Shown one piece after another: positions 1 through 11,863 of a DNA stretch of 64,000 nt (position 1 is the stretch's first letter; each line of letters begins with the position of its first letter). Made by a program: the position numbers and the translations under genes. Below the pieces are notes generated by a model. The model did no database searches. It saw only the letters and a list, made by a program, of their open reading frames with translations, and was not told the origin of the DNA. The stretch covers positions 62,001 through 126,000 of the forward strand of contig OZ025757.1 of the NCBI GenBank assembly GCA_964019335.1, read 5' to 3'. The DNA comes from Diplonema japonicum (Eukaryota > Protista > Euglenozoa: Diplonemea).

Positions 1-299
1 TGCAATAATTGTTCCACTGTGCCTTTTAGAATCTGGTTCTCGGTTATGACTTCTTTAACAGCTCGGATGGCCTTTTTCAGAGCCCTCTCGACATCGGGGC
101 CGCCGCCCTCGCTTAGTCTCAGCAGTGACCGTCTCTCCTCCAGTTCTCTCTCCACCTTCTCCCTCTCCCTCACCAGCAGTTCGATCTCATCACGGAGGGC
201 GGACGACTCGAAGTTAACCTCGACTACTTCCACAGAAGGTTGCCTCACGGCAGCGTGAGATAACTCCTCCAACTCCATACACAGTGCTGCGATAGCCAT
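1..299 (-). CDS. hypothetical coiled-coil protein, 5' part (runs off window start)
   Basis: ATG at 297-299 preceded by an A-run; open frame MAIAALCMELEELSHAAVRQP...ENQILKGHSGTIIA to position 1; not in ORF track because no stop lies in the window. Confidence 0.65.
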   Translation of the reverse strand, partial: MAIAALCMELEELSHAAVRQPSVEVVEVNFESSALRDEIELLVREREKVERELEERRSLLRLSEGGGPDVERALKKAIRAVKEVITENQILKGTVEQLL

Positions 300-504
300 T
301 TTTTCTTTTTTTTTTAAAAAAAAAAAAACTTTTTTTTTTTTTTTTGAAAAGGGAAGAAGAAAAAAAAAAAAAAAAGAAGAGAACGGAAAAAAAAAAAATA
401 AGGAAACAGATATAAAAAAAGGGGGACGGTTTTTCACCGTTTATTACAACACAAAAGATTTTCTCTTTTTTTTTCTCTTTTTTTTTCTTTTTTTTTTTTT
501 TTTG

Positions 505-841
505 TCACTCCTTGACCATTCTGCTCAATGTGTTCAGTTGCCGTAACTTCTCGCTGATTTCGTGGTTGGTTGCCAGCAGCTCGGACAGCACCCCTCTTGA
601 CATACGTGAGGCCACCTCGTCTGTTGATGCTCCTAGTTGGTCTGCCCACTGTGCACCACAAGCACTCAGAGTGTTCATTATGGCATCCAACGCATCAGTG
701 ACCTTACCGAGCTCGCCGCAGAGAAGCGAGTTCTTCTCTTTCCGTCTGCCAGCCTCTTTGCTCAGGTTGGCCGCCTCAAGGGTCTTTTCGTCCAGCTTCC
801 TGCCGAGCTGTTTTTCCCGCCGTTTTCCGGAGAACACCTCA

Positions 842-876
<35 letters not shown>

Positions 877-2048
877 CAAAATACCTGTAACTGTTGAACC
901 TTCCCTTGCGCTGCGGCCAATTTCACCCTCAGATCCTCCTCAACAGATTTATCGTTGTTGTTGTTGTTGTTGTTGCTCCCGTTGCTCTTACGCCATGCTT
1001 TGTTTCTTTTTGGTTGTTGCGCGGGCCGTTTCCGGGCAGGCGGTGTGGAGCTGGACCCCCCTTCCCTCCACCCATGCACGGGTGATTGCGGGGAACTCGA
1101 ATCAGCCGTAAAACAAGTAGACGGTGAAGGGTTCGGCAGGTCGGAGCTGGGACTGGGAGACACCCTGAACGGGCTTTTCTTCCCCGCCGACCTACCAAGA
1201 AGAAAGGGGTCGAGGTGGATCAAACTTGCCTCCAGCACACGAGGCTGCACCGACACATCAAAGGAAACAGTGTGTGCGGTACTGGTGTACTGAAGAGTAT
1301 CTTGGTGGAGACCCTTGCCCATCCACGTTGCGGAGACAGTTGAAAGGATTTTTTCGCAGCCCACTTCTGGCCGCAGGGCCAGCGTAACATGTATCCGAGA
1401 GCCGCATAAGCCTTGATTGGTTCTGTGGCCATGAACAGTGTAGTCCTTAGCTTGCTGCTGAGATGCGTGCTTCACGTGTGCAGTGTGCCGAACTCTGCCT
1501 GCGGTGACATGTTGAAGGCAATGAGGTGGGACCATTACAGTCTTACCGTTGCTGATGAGTGAGATGGTGACGATGCCGTAGCGATGTTCGGAGATATCAC
1601 TGACAATGGCTATCTTGCCTTCGATGTTTGTGAGTTCTTCGCTGCAGCCTGGGTAGCCGTGTACACGTACTTTGTCGCCTTTTTTGGCGGTGGTGATGGG
1701 GTCCCCTCCTAGGCCGAGCTCTCGCTTCACCTTCTCGATTTCTTGTTCCACTTCTGCGATCTCCCTGTGCCCCGCGTCGAGTCGCAGGAGAGCTTCCTTT
1801 TTTTTCAGTAGTTCGTCGTACCTCTTGATGCCCGGTGTGCTCGGTGTTGCTGGTGTTCTTGCGGTTGCAGGTCTCCTGCCAAGTTTTTCCATGAGCTTTG
1901 CAAGATCTTTTTCGGTGTTAACAAGCTCTCTGAGATCGCTCTCCGTCAGTGCCACCAGGGTGTTCCAGTCTGAGATCTCCGCAGCCTTGAAGACATCGGC
2001 GTAGCGATCCAGGGAGATGGACGCCAGAATATTTCGAACCTCACTCAT
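505..2048 (-). CDS. SAM-domain / KOW-like / coiled-coil protein, 500 aa, 2 exons (2048-885, 843-505)
   Basis: N-terminal SAM-like VRNILASISLDRYADVFKAAEISDWNTLVALTESDLREL; KOW/SH3-like KKGDKVRVHG; removing intron 844-884 joins QQLQ|GEVFSG in frame (1503 nt). Confidence 0.75.
844..884 (-). other. 41-nt GT-AG intron, poly(A) directly abutting AG
   Basis: GTATTTTG-A(n)-G; removal fuses ORFs 876-2267 and 505-879. Confidence 0.85.
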
Positions 2049-2223
2049 TTTTTTTTCTTTTTTTCTTTTTTTTTTGGGGGGGTGGGCACCCCGACCCTCT
2101 CTTTTTTTTTTTTTTTTTTGAGGGTTGAAAAAAAAAAGGACCACAACAATTAATAAAAAATAGTAGGGGAGGGGGGGGTAAAAAATGGGAGGGAACAGTT
2201 TGAACAAGAAGTGGGGCGGTGGG

Positions 2224-2263
<40 letters not shown>

Positions 2264-2903
2264 ACATTTAAGTAGAGTGATCACGTGTAGCTAAGTTTTG
2301 GTATCTACCGCGAGCAGTGCCTTGCGTGCATCCCCCGCAACGTCGGCATGTCCCCATTGAACACAGTGCTGTCCCGCAAGGCCAGGAGCTGCTTTTTCAC
2401 AGGATGCCCATCCTTCCTCGTTCTGCTACCCGAGAGCACGCCACGTTTGCGGAGAGTAACACCAGTTCATCCGGGGGGGGGGGGGGGGGGAAGAACGAAA
2501 AGAGAAAGAAAAAAATGAAAAAGGAAGAAGAAAAAAAAAAGTTTCGTTTTTTAAATTATCTAATGAAACAAAGGCGGAGGGGGGAATAAAAAAAAAACAA
2601 AGATTTTCTTTTTTTTTTTTTTAATAATTCTCCTTAGACTATGGTCAAAGACTCATTTCTAGTAAAAAAAAAAAAAAAAGAAAAGAAAAAAAGAAAAGAA
2701 AAAAAGAGTCGGCTGATTGTTTGTGCAAGCCGGGTGGGGTGGGAATGGTGCTTTTTTTTTTTTTTTTTTTTTTTTTTTCCTTCTTTTTTTTTCCTTCTTT
2801 TTTTTTCTTCTTCATCTAAACAGTTCTAGGTAATCTAAATTTTAGTGTGTGGGGGGAAAAAAAAATTTTTTTTTCTCTCTATTTGTGACAAAAAAAAAAA
2901 AAT

Positions 2904-5900
2904 CTAAGGGTGTACCACGGCGGTCCTCGAAGGGGTTTCCGAAAGCTGCTCCTTCTGCATGGCGTGCCTGTACTGTTTGCGCAGGATCCTCTTTTCTTTT
3001 TGGAGCTTTTCCTCAAACTGGTCTTGAAGCGCTTCCTTCTCAGTGAGGGCGGCTTGTTTCTCCATCTGCGCCTTCTGGAATCGGCTCTGCGCGTGCGACA
3101 GCCTCTCAGTGAGCTCCTCCTTCTCATCTTGCAGGACTCTAAGTTGTGCAGTACTTTCTTTTACAACAGCAGGTTTGTTTTGTGCTGCAAGTACTTCTCG
3201 CTGAAGTCCCCGGATGATGTCCTCATACGTTTTCTTCTGTTTCTGAAGTTTCTCTTCTACCTGCGTTGAGGCAAGCTGTTGCTGCAGCTCTTTGATCGTC
3301 CGCTCGTAGCCTTCCTTCTGTAGCTGCATCTGTTCCTCTGCCTGTGCTGCTACATTTGAAATGGACTGTCTGCCCATCTTAATAACCTCGTTCACTTCCT
3401 GTGTTGCCTGTTGGGTCCTTGCCTCGTTCTCCGCCTCCAAACCAGCAATTTTGTCAATGAGCTCGTGGATCTGTTTGTCTCTCCCATTTATAACGTCTTT
3501 GGCTTCTTCCATCAGTTTGTGGGCTTCCTCCTCACGTGCCTTTTGGGTTTCCTCCATCTTCTTGATCTTTGCTTTTAACTTCTCCCCGTCAGGGTTTACT
3601 GTTTTTGTTGCTTTCCCCGCAGGCTTCGGTGCTGCCTTGGGCCTTGCGCCGCCGTATTGCAGTTTGTTCTTGAGCTGTTCCTTGTCAGCCTCCGCGAGAC
3701 GAAGCTGCTTGCGAAGCTTTTGGATTTCCTCCTTTGCCTCGCTGAGATGCGCCTTCTTCGTGGTCAGCTGTTTCTCCAGAGCGTTGCGTGCCTCACGCAT
3801 CGGGCCCATCATGGAACAGTCGACTTTTTTTTTTTTTTTTTTTTTTATGAACTGGGTTACATACGTTCTTCTTGTTGCTGTTTTGTCAGGTCGCCTAACC
3901 TCTGTGTTTCTTCCTCTAAAAGGAGTTTCCTCTCTAGGATGTCTCGCTGGTTTTCTTCGGCCTTTTGGCGTTCTGACTCCAAGGCTTCTTGGTACTGGGT
4001 CTCGAGCAGTTTCACCTGTCCCTCGTGCTGCTTGGAGATCATGGCGTGAGCTTGTTGCTGCTTCTCGACGTCGCCCTGCAGGGACCCGATCTCGGCCTCG
4101 AGAGCGGATTTTGATGCTGAGAACTCCAGTGCCGCCTTGGCCAGGTTGTTTTTAAGGTCTTCCTTCAGGAGGCGCTGCGTCTTCTCGGCTTCGTCCTGAA
4201 CGTCGTCGAATTCCGCCCGCACCTTTTCGAGTTCTTCTTGCTTCTCCGCCTCCAGCCTCGCCACGGCTTCTTCCTTGGCCTCAAGCTCCTCTTCGAACCT
4301 TGCTTCCACCTCCTTCTGCTCCTTATCGCACTGGGCCTTGATCTCGGCGACAGCTTCTTCCTTCTCGCAGTGTGCTTTACTGTTTGGTTTTTTTTTTTTT
4401 TTTTTTTTTCGTTCGAAAAAAAAAAAAATACCTGATGATCATGTTCAGTTCCTTGACCGTTTCCTCGTGCTTGGCACGCTCTGCTTCCACTTCGCTCCTG
4501 GCGATGCCCACCTCCTTGATCCTCGCCTCCTCCAGCTCGTGGGCCTTCTTTTGGAACTCCTCTCTCTGCTTCTCCCTCTCGCGCTCCACCTCAGCGAGGT
4601 TGGCCTCGTAGCTGTGTTTAAGATTGGCCATCTCGGCGTGCTTTGCCTGTTCAAGCTGATGACGCTCTTCATTGAAGCGGTTGGTGAGGACGTGCATTTC
4701 TTCCTTGTGGTTGTGGTTCTGCTCGTCGAAGGCGGCGGTGAGTTGCGCCTTTTCTTCCTCGGCACGAAGCTGCATCTCTTGCTGCAGGGCTTCAGATGCC
4801 TGGCGTTCACTCTGGACCAGTTCGTCGCGCTGCTGCATGAGGACGGCCACGTTGCTCTGATGCTCGTCCTGTTCTCGCTTCAGCTGGGCGTTGAGCGCCT
4901 CACGCTCGGAGGTGATGCTCGCGAGCTCGTTAGTGAGCCTGCTCTCCACCTGTTGGATACTGTAGTCGCGCTCTGCGATGAGGGCTGACATCTTCCCCTC
5001 CAACTGCCCCTTCAGCGTCTTCTCCTTGTTGGCAAGATCTGATTCCTGTTGCGCGAGGTTCATTTGCAGTTTCACCATTTCCTCTTCTTTCCTTCGCTCA
5101 ACCTCTTCGATGTGCTTCTGGCTGTCGAGCGCCTTGGTCCTTAGCTCCGCGTGCTCCGCCTCGGCTCGCTGCAGGATAGCGGAGATTTTCGTCTCCATCA
5201 TCCTTTGAAGCGAGGCTCTGTTTGTCTCGAAGTGCTGCTTCTCCTCCTCGAGGGTTTCAAGGAGCTGGTGTTCCTTCCGCTCGAACCTTTCCGCCATGAC
5301 CTTCTTCTCTTCAAGTACTTGTTCCTCGTGGTTGGCTTGGATCTTTTGCAGGTGGGAGAACTTGGAGTCGTATTCCCGTTTCTGCTGCCCGAACAGTTCT
5401 GTGGTCTCGTCCATCCTCTTGCGGTGTTCCGCATCGAGAGTGGCGACACGTTGTTCGGCCTCTGTTTTCAGTTCCGCTTCAGCCTTCGCGGCCTCCTCTT
5501 CGAGCCTTGACACCTCTGCATCGTAGCACTGCTTTGCCTCGCTCAGCTTGTCTTGTAAGGCTTCTACCTTCTCTTGTTCCCTTTTGAGGATTTTGTCGCG
5601 TTCTTCGCAAGCTTCGCGTTTTACCCTGTTGATGTCTTGTGTTGCTTGGGACTTGGTGTCACGAGCGAGTTGTTCGAGGTGTGCTGCTTCTTTTTCGGCT
5701 TCTGCTCTGGCGTGCTGCATGAGCTCCTCGTGCTGTTTCTTGAGGAACGCGATCTCGTCGTTGGCGAGCGTGGTGGCTTGGACCACTTCGTTTTTCAAAG
5801 CGTGCATTTTGCCTTCGTACTCGTTGACCTCCATTTCAAGCTTGGTGCGGAGGGCGGCGGTTTCTTCCTCGTATTTTACCTGGCGGAGGCCGGCTTCGAT

Positions 5901-8252
5901 TTCACTGGAATCGCGGAGTTGTTCGATAGAGGCGGTCATGTCCTTTTGGATGGAGGCTGCCTGTTGACGCTCTGCCTCGATTTGCTTCTCGAAGGCTTCT
6001 TGCATTGAAGTTTTCTCCTTGTCGAGCTTGGCCGCTTCCAACATGGCGTTTTTCTCGAGATTGGCGATCTCTGCCTTGTGTTTCTCACGGAACTCTTCTG
6101 TTCTTGACTCGTAGTCTTGTTCACGTTGGGCTTGTTCCTCCTTCAGCTGGTCCACTTGCGAAGCGTGGCGTTCCTTGATCTCCTCTATTTCGCTACGAAG
6201 TGTGTCTGCGTCCGTTTTCATGCCCTGCAGTTCTTTTTCTAGGCTTCCTTTCATCTCGTTGATCTCTTCTTCCTGTTTCTCTTTGTTCCACGATGCTTGC
6301 CACTCCCTGGCGCTGGCCGTGTCGAGGATGTGCTGTGCCTTCACCATCTCCTCGTTCTTTAGCATTAGAGCTGCTGTTTTTTCTTGAAGCAACGCTCTTT
6401 CCTTTTCAGCGCTGGTCAGGGACATGTTGCGGGCCTTCAGCGCCGTCACGTCCTTTTGCATCTCGCTTAGCTCGTGTGCGAGCCTGTGTTTTGCCATCTC
6501 CGCGTCGAGTTTCAGCTGTCTTTCATTGTGGAGATCCTCTTCGATTTTCTCCTTCGCTCTGTCCTTCTCCGCCATGGTGGCCTGTGCCAGTTCGCATGCT
6601 TCGAGCAAGCGTTCTTCAAGGAGATCTCTTTCTTCCTTGTACTGCATTTCGACTGCTTCCATCCGTTCGGACAGTTCCCTGCGGATGGCTTCTTTTTCCT
6701 CCAGCTCGGCTTCTTTTGTCCTCATGAGCCCGATCGTGCACTCGATTTCCTGTTCCCGTTCGACTAGCTTCTCGTTCTTCGACTGCAGCTCGCGTTTCAT
6801 GTCTTCAAGGTCTTTGCGAAGACCGATGCTGGGTCGGCTTTGTGCTGGGGCGCTGAGTCGACCAGGCGGGGGGAGGCCCATACTAGTTCGAACAGGTGGT
6901 GCGGGTGCTGGGCTGCTCATTCCCATGGGGACGTCTTCTTCAAAAGAGATCTTACGCTCCTTAACAGGCGACCAGTTGAGGTTTCCGATACCCATCCCGC
7001 ACATTGTTTGCCTGCGGGAGAGCTGTCTCGGGCCGGTTTTTTCTTTTTTGAAGAGAGCAGCCTCCGCAGCTCGACGTTTCTCTCGTTCATCTTCTAGCAT
7101 CTTGGCGTGCATGGCGGTGGCTTCCTTCATGACCTCCATCTCGCTGATAACTTTGTCTAGCTCCTTGCGGTATTCTTCTTTTGCTTCTGCTGTCTGCGCG
7201 GCGGCCATGGCTTGAACGGTTTTGCGAAGCGCAGGGGGGATCTCACCTGCGGCGAGCACACATCGCTTCGGGTCGTTCTTGACCTTTGACGCTTCCTGTG
7301 CAAAGCGTAGGGTGGAGACAGTCTGATCGTACTGATCAGAAGCACCAGTTACACAACATATAATAGAAGTCTTGGTGTTCCCGCCAAGAGACGTTTTGAG
7401 CAAACGGGTTAGCTTCGAGTCACGGAAGGGAACATATCCTGGGTTTTTTGATTCGGTGAGGCATTTGATTACCCGGACCAAAGCGGATAGAGACTGGTTG
7501 ATGTTGGAACCTTCACGGGCTGCAGCACCGGCGGTTCCTGTTTTTTTGATAGACTCTGATCCGGCTAGATCGACGAGGTGGAGCAACGAGCGTGTTGCGG
7601 ATTTTGTCGCTTTCGGGATTCTGTCGATTTGTATCCTGAAGATTGTGTGAGACCGTGAAGACTGGTCGTTCATTGCAGTCTTCCCGAGGTGTCGATTGTT
7701 CATTGCAGAGCTGATTTCGAGTATAGCGTGTTCTGCTGAAGAGACCACAACAGGTGCTTCGCCTTTAAGAAGGGGTTCGTTGTTTCTGCCTTCTTTGATT
7801 TCGAGTTCAAGGCCGGATTTAAGGTCTGTGAGTTTTTCGTTGTACACCTCCATGGAGGTGCATCTTACAATGTAGTCTGCCTCGGTGTCCTTTTCTATTT
7901 CGTGCCACATGTAATTCATGGAGAGTTGAACGATGCCTGCTTCGTCGCCTGAGCCCATCATGGTGTGGGTTTTTCCTGAGGATGTTTGGCCGTATGCGAA
8001 TACCGTCCCGCTCCAGCCTTGGATGGCGTGGGCGATGATCTCTTTGGCAGATTTCGTGAAGACTTCCTCGGTTTTACTCTCAATCCCGAAGACTTTGTTC
8101 ACCCTGAACCTGCTAGCGGTGTCCTTCCCTTGAACCTTGCACGCTAGGCTCGATTCTCCCAGTGCCCATGCGTCGGTGGCACCATTGTTCTTTTCGCGTG
8201 TGTTTAACGGTCGGACCCTTACAAATACAGGAACCTGCTGTCTGCTGGTCAT
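2904..8252 (-). CDS. kinesin-7/CENP-E-like motor with long coiled coil, 1751 aa, 3 exons (8252-4432, 4379-3865, 3823-2904)
   Basis: Motor motifs FAYGQTSSGKT, SSRSH, LVDLAGSE, VPFRDSKLTRLL; spliced length 5256 nt is an exact open frame. Confidence 0.88.
3824..3864 (-). other. 41-nt GT-AG intron with poly(A) acceptor
   Basis: GTATGTAACCCAGTTCAT-A(n)-G; joins EE-L-DCSMMGP. Confidence 0.88.
4380..4431 (-). other. 52-nt GT-AG intron, T-run/A-run hairpin
   Basis: GTA-T(n)-CGAACG-A(n)-CCAAACAG; joins NMII-S-KAHCEK. Confidence 0.88.
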
Positions 8253-9018
8253 TTTTTTTTTTTTTTTTGTGTTTTCTGAATTTTTTTTTGTGTGTCGGAG
8301 AGAAGAAAAAAAGAAAGAAAAGAAAGAAAGACAGAAGTACGTGAGGGAAAAAAAAAAGGAGAAGAAAAAAAAAAAAAAAAAGAAACACTCAAAGGGAAGG
8401 GAAAGAATGAGAAGGATAAAAAAAAAGAAAGGAGGGGGGGGGGAGGAAAAAGAAAAAAAGAAACCGAGGAGATTCAATACCAATATTAAAAAAAAAAAAA
8501 AAACCTGTATCCTCCCCCATACCCCCTGTTTTCAAAAAAAACAAAAAAACAAAAAAATATATTCGTCCCTACTATTTTGGGTCGAATTATTGAGGCGAAA
8601 TAAAATAAAGAAAAACAGATAGATGTAAAAAAAGGGAGCAATACTTTTTTAAAAAAAAAAACTTTTAAAGGAGCTTTGAAATGGCTTCACTCGTTGTGTT
8701 CCTTTAGGGGGTTCTTTCTTTTTTTTTTTCTCCTCGTTTTTTTTTTTTTCTCCCTCCTGCACCACTTCTCCCACGTCATCCTTTTGTGCCTAAGGCCAAT
8801 ACAATAAAATCGCAGGAACCAGGACAGGGAGACTCATTGAAGAATTGAATAGAAAAAAAAAAAGAAAAAAAAGGAGGGGGGAAAAAGGGTGAACCTTTTC
8901 GGAGTTAAAAAAAAAAATAAGAAGAAGAAAGAATATCTTTAAAACGTGCCCAAAAAGAAAAAGCAAATTAGATAATCTAACAAACCGCACTTAAACTGGC
9001 CAAAAATGACCTCGAAAA

Positions 9019-9236
9019 ACTAGTTTTGGCGCTTCATTTTGTTTGTGCGCACGAGCGGGATTTTACCTAATAAAATAGCTCATTACGCTGACAAAAAAAA
9101 AAGAAAGTACACACAAACATAAACACGTAAGATAATATAAAAAAACAAAAAAAAAAAACAAAAACAAAAAAGAAACTAGTCATTTGTGCGCACGAGCGGG
9201 ATTTTTTTTACCTAATAAAAATAGCTCATTGCACTA
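9019..9236. repeat. local direct repeat (ACTAGT...TTTGTGCGCACGAGCGGGATTTT..ACCTAATAAAATAGCTCATT) x2; related copy at 26422-26461
   Basis: Near-identical ~45-bp cores at ~9042-9084 and ~9183-9230, each next to ACTAGT. Confidence 0.7.
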
Positions 9237-9269
<33 letters not shown>

Positions 9270-9389
9270 GTCTCGACAAAAAAAAAAAACAATAACAGCA
9301 CTCGGAAACTTTTTTTTTCTTTGTCTCTACAATCTCCCCCCCCCCCCCCCCTCCCCTTTTTTTCTTTCTTTTTCCACCCCCCCCCCCTA

Positions 9390-10111
9390 TCAATCATCTC
9401 GTTTAAAAATTTTTCCACACCCTCCACCACCGGGACATTTTTTTTTTTCGTCACTGCGGGGAAGGAAAAAAAAATTTTTTTTTTTTCTAACCCCCAATCA
9501 ACATACCTAACACCTCCACCACCGGATATAACAAAAGTGTCCTGTTGCCTTGGAGGTGCGATGGGCATTCCTTTCGTCACCGACACCACTTCCTGTACAA
9601 GCGCTTTGAAACATGCATCGACGTTGATATTCTCTGGTGCAGAGGTTTCTATCCATCCGAAAAATCCGTTCTTGTCCACGAATTCGTCTAGTTTTTCTTT
9701 AAGGGCTTGGGTCTCGGGTGTTTTTATGTCGCATTTATTGGCGACGAGGAGCATGGGGATGGGCTGGTCGTTCGGAAGCAATACCTTGGCGTTGATGTCC
9801 TGCCTCCACTTGATCGCTGATTCTAATGTGCTTGGCCGGGTAAGGTCGAAAACGACGACGGCGGCCGTTGCAAATTTATAATACACCCTTGTCATTGCCC
9901 CAAACCGTTCGTGGCCTGCGATATCCCACAATTGCAGTGTAACTGACCGCCCGTCGCACTCGACCTGCTTGGAACAGAAGTCCACGCCTATCGTTATCCT
10001 GTATTGGCCGCTGAATTCCCCCGTCGTGTATTTCCTGATCAAGCTCGTCTTCCCCACCGCGTAGTCCCCAACTACGAGGGTTTTGTACAGTTGTTCGTCG
10101 CTTCCTGACAT
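9390..10111 (-). CDS. RAB32: Rab32/38-family small GTPase, 222 aa, 2 exons (10111-9507, 9453-9390)
   Basis: GDYAVGKT, TIGVDF, WDIAG (Rab32/38/29 signature), MTRVYYK, NKCD, ETSA; intron removal gives C-terminus SDEKKKCPGGGGCGKIFKRDD*. Confidence 0.85.
9454..9506 (-). other. 53-nt GT-AG intron (A-run then T-run then CCTTCCCCGCAG)
   Basis: GTATGT donor; removes low-complexity sequence and restores a Cys-containing tail. Confidence 0.75.
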
Positions 10112-10271
10112 TTTTTTTTTTTTTTGAGATTTCTCCGCTCCTCCTCCTCCTCCCTCCTCCTGATGTGTGGGATCTTTTGTGTCACCGGCGTGGGGGGGGG
10201 GGGGGGGGTAAAAAAATAAATAAAATAACCGAAAAAAAAAAAAAAAAAAATAGCCGGTTCGCTTATTTTAT

Positions 10272-10349
<78 letters not shown>

Positions 10350-10704
10350 CCTTAAACGCCCAACTGCTTCTGTGGTCATCTAGACCAAAGCCTCGGATCG
10401 GTTTTCATAAAAAAAAGATGGATAATGGAAAGATATTGAAAATCTGCGTTAAATGCGCTATTTGTATCCATCTGAAACCTCATAACTTCATCCCAGAACG
10501 GGGTGCCGGGACACTGGGTGACACCAAAAATGGGCATTTTCCGGATTTTTCCATGATTTTTTCCCCTCTTTTTTTTTTTTTTTCCGAATCACTAGGCCTT
10601 ATCAAAATCAACATGCCAGCACACAACGGGAGCAGTTCCCGTCGACCTGCAATGTTCATATGGGTTAAATCCACCTCTCTACCTCAATCCTCGTTTCTTT
10701 TTTA

Positions 10705-10795
10705 TTTACCAGGACCGCGATGACGATGTAGTTATGGGTCCGGTTGGGTCCTGCGAAACAGGTGGCCCACCTTTCTGGAGAACGGATGGTTTTGT
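10705..10795 (+). pseudogene. non-LTR retrotransposon fragment (post-RT region) inside piggyBac-type element
   Basis: Translates YQDRDDDVVMGPVG..RNRWPTFL, matching YQDRDDDEVMGPIGVLRNRWLPFL of the RT ORF at 23831-24859. Confidence 0.75.
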
Positions 10796-11315
10796 TGTAG
10801 TCGGGGATGCACTCGTTCTTCGTCGCGTCCCAGTGGCCTCCCGCAGTCCGGCGGTTCAGAGGCCGGCAACGGTCCTGCGAGCAGACGCTGCTGCAGCGTT
10901 CCACGAGCAGCAATCGCAAGCCTTGCAGTCTGCCTGTGTCCTCGCCGCCGTGCACTTCTTCTCCGCGTACACCCGTCCATCCACAGTCGCTGCTCACCCG
11001 AAACTCCCTGGGTCGGGTACTGCGTGTCCCTGGACACCGAGTTCTCGCTGTCCCAGGCGCAGTTCGCTCTTGCACGCCGCCGCGTCCGTCGTCACCGTGC
11101 ACGTTGCGACCGGCTTGCACACGGGCGTCCAGCGCCGTGTCCCTCTGGGCAGTCTGCATTCGGCGCCTTCAACCACTTCTCCCGCACGAAGATCGCTCCA
11201 CAGGCCTTCGGGTCGCATTTGGTCCTGCCCCACTTGCACAGGAGGTTCGGGTCGCTCGTGCAGGCCCTCTGGTCGATCGTCCCCATCGTCGTCGGGTTCG
11301 GTCCCAGCCCGGGGT
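10795..11315 (-). pseudogene. frameshifted fragment of a Cys/Trp-rich repeat (surface-type) protein gene, cargo of piggyBac-type element
   Basis: Pieces in shifting frames: ACTSDPNLLCKWGRTKCDPKAC, VCKPVATCTVTTDAAACK, EKKCTAARTQADCKACDCCSWN, WDATKNECIPD. Confidence 0.6.
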
Positions 11316-11822
11316 ACTCGTGGTGTGCTCGTGGTCACACGGGAAACGGATGGCCTGGTGTGACGTTTGCAACCACCGATCCCAGACGATGACCAGCATA
11401 ACGGAGCATGCATGGGTAAGAACGTATTGAAAGCAAGCAGTACACAGAGTGAAGTGAGAAGGCCTCCCGTCTGCCACAGCCCACCACAGGATTATCCCAA
11501 GCGAAAGTAGTTCAAAGCAAAGGAATGTGCCGGGATGGTGCAACAATACTTCCTGAAATTGTAGCAGCTGGAAAAAGGAAGAGAGTGCTCACCTCCAACC
11601 CCTGGGACGACCCCCCTGGTAAGCGGAAGTCCATAAATGCCCAGCACGATGCGGAAGGTCAGCCTTCCCAGGGCATACCTCTGGCACCTTGGACACAGCT
11701 ACGGCACGAGGTCTCTTCTCCTCGAACGAAATTGCCTCCCTGCCTTGCACAACTCCATGTAAATGTTTCTCGCCCAGATGCCGTCCATCTCATTGCGACA
11801 AACAGTCACCGCAGGCACCAGA

Positions 11823-11863
11823 ACAGTGAACACCCCCATGCACACTGAGATTTTAGCGAGTTT
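11823..11863 (-). repeat. ~41-bp dispersed motif copy 1 (AAACTCGMTAAAATYTCAGTGTGCATGGGGGTGYTCACTGT)
   Basis: Also at 19205-19245 (minus) and 51117-51163 (plus). Confidence 0.8.

Noticed and set aside
480-504. Genome-templated poly(A) tails after stop codons
   Set aside because: Inconsistent: other genes are followed by T-, G- or C-runs.
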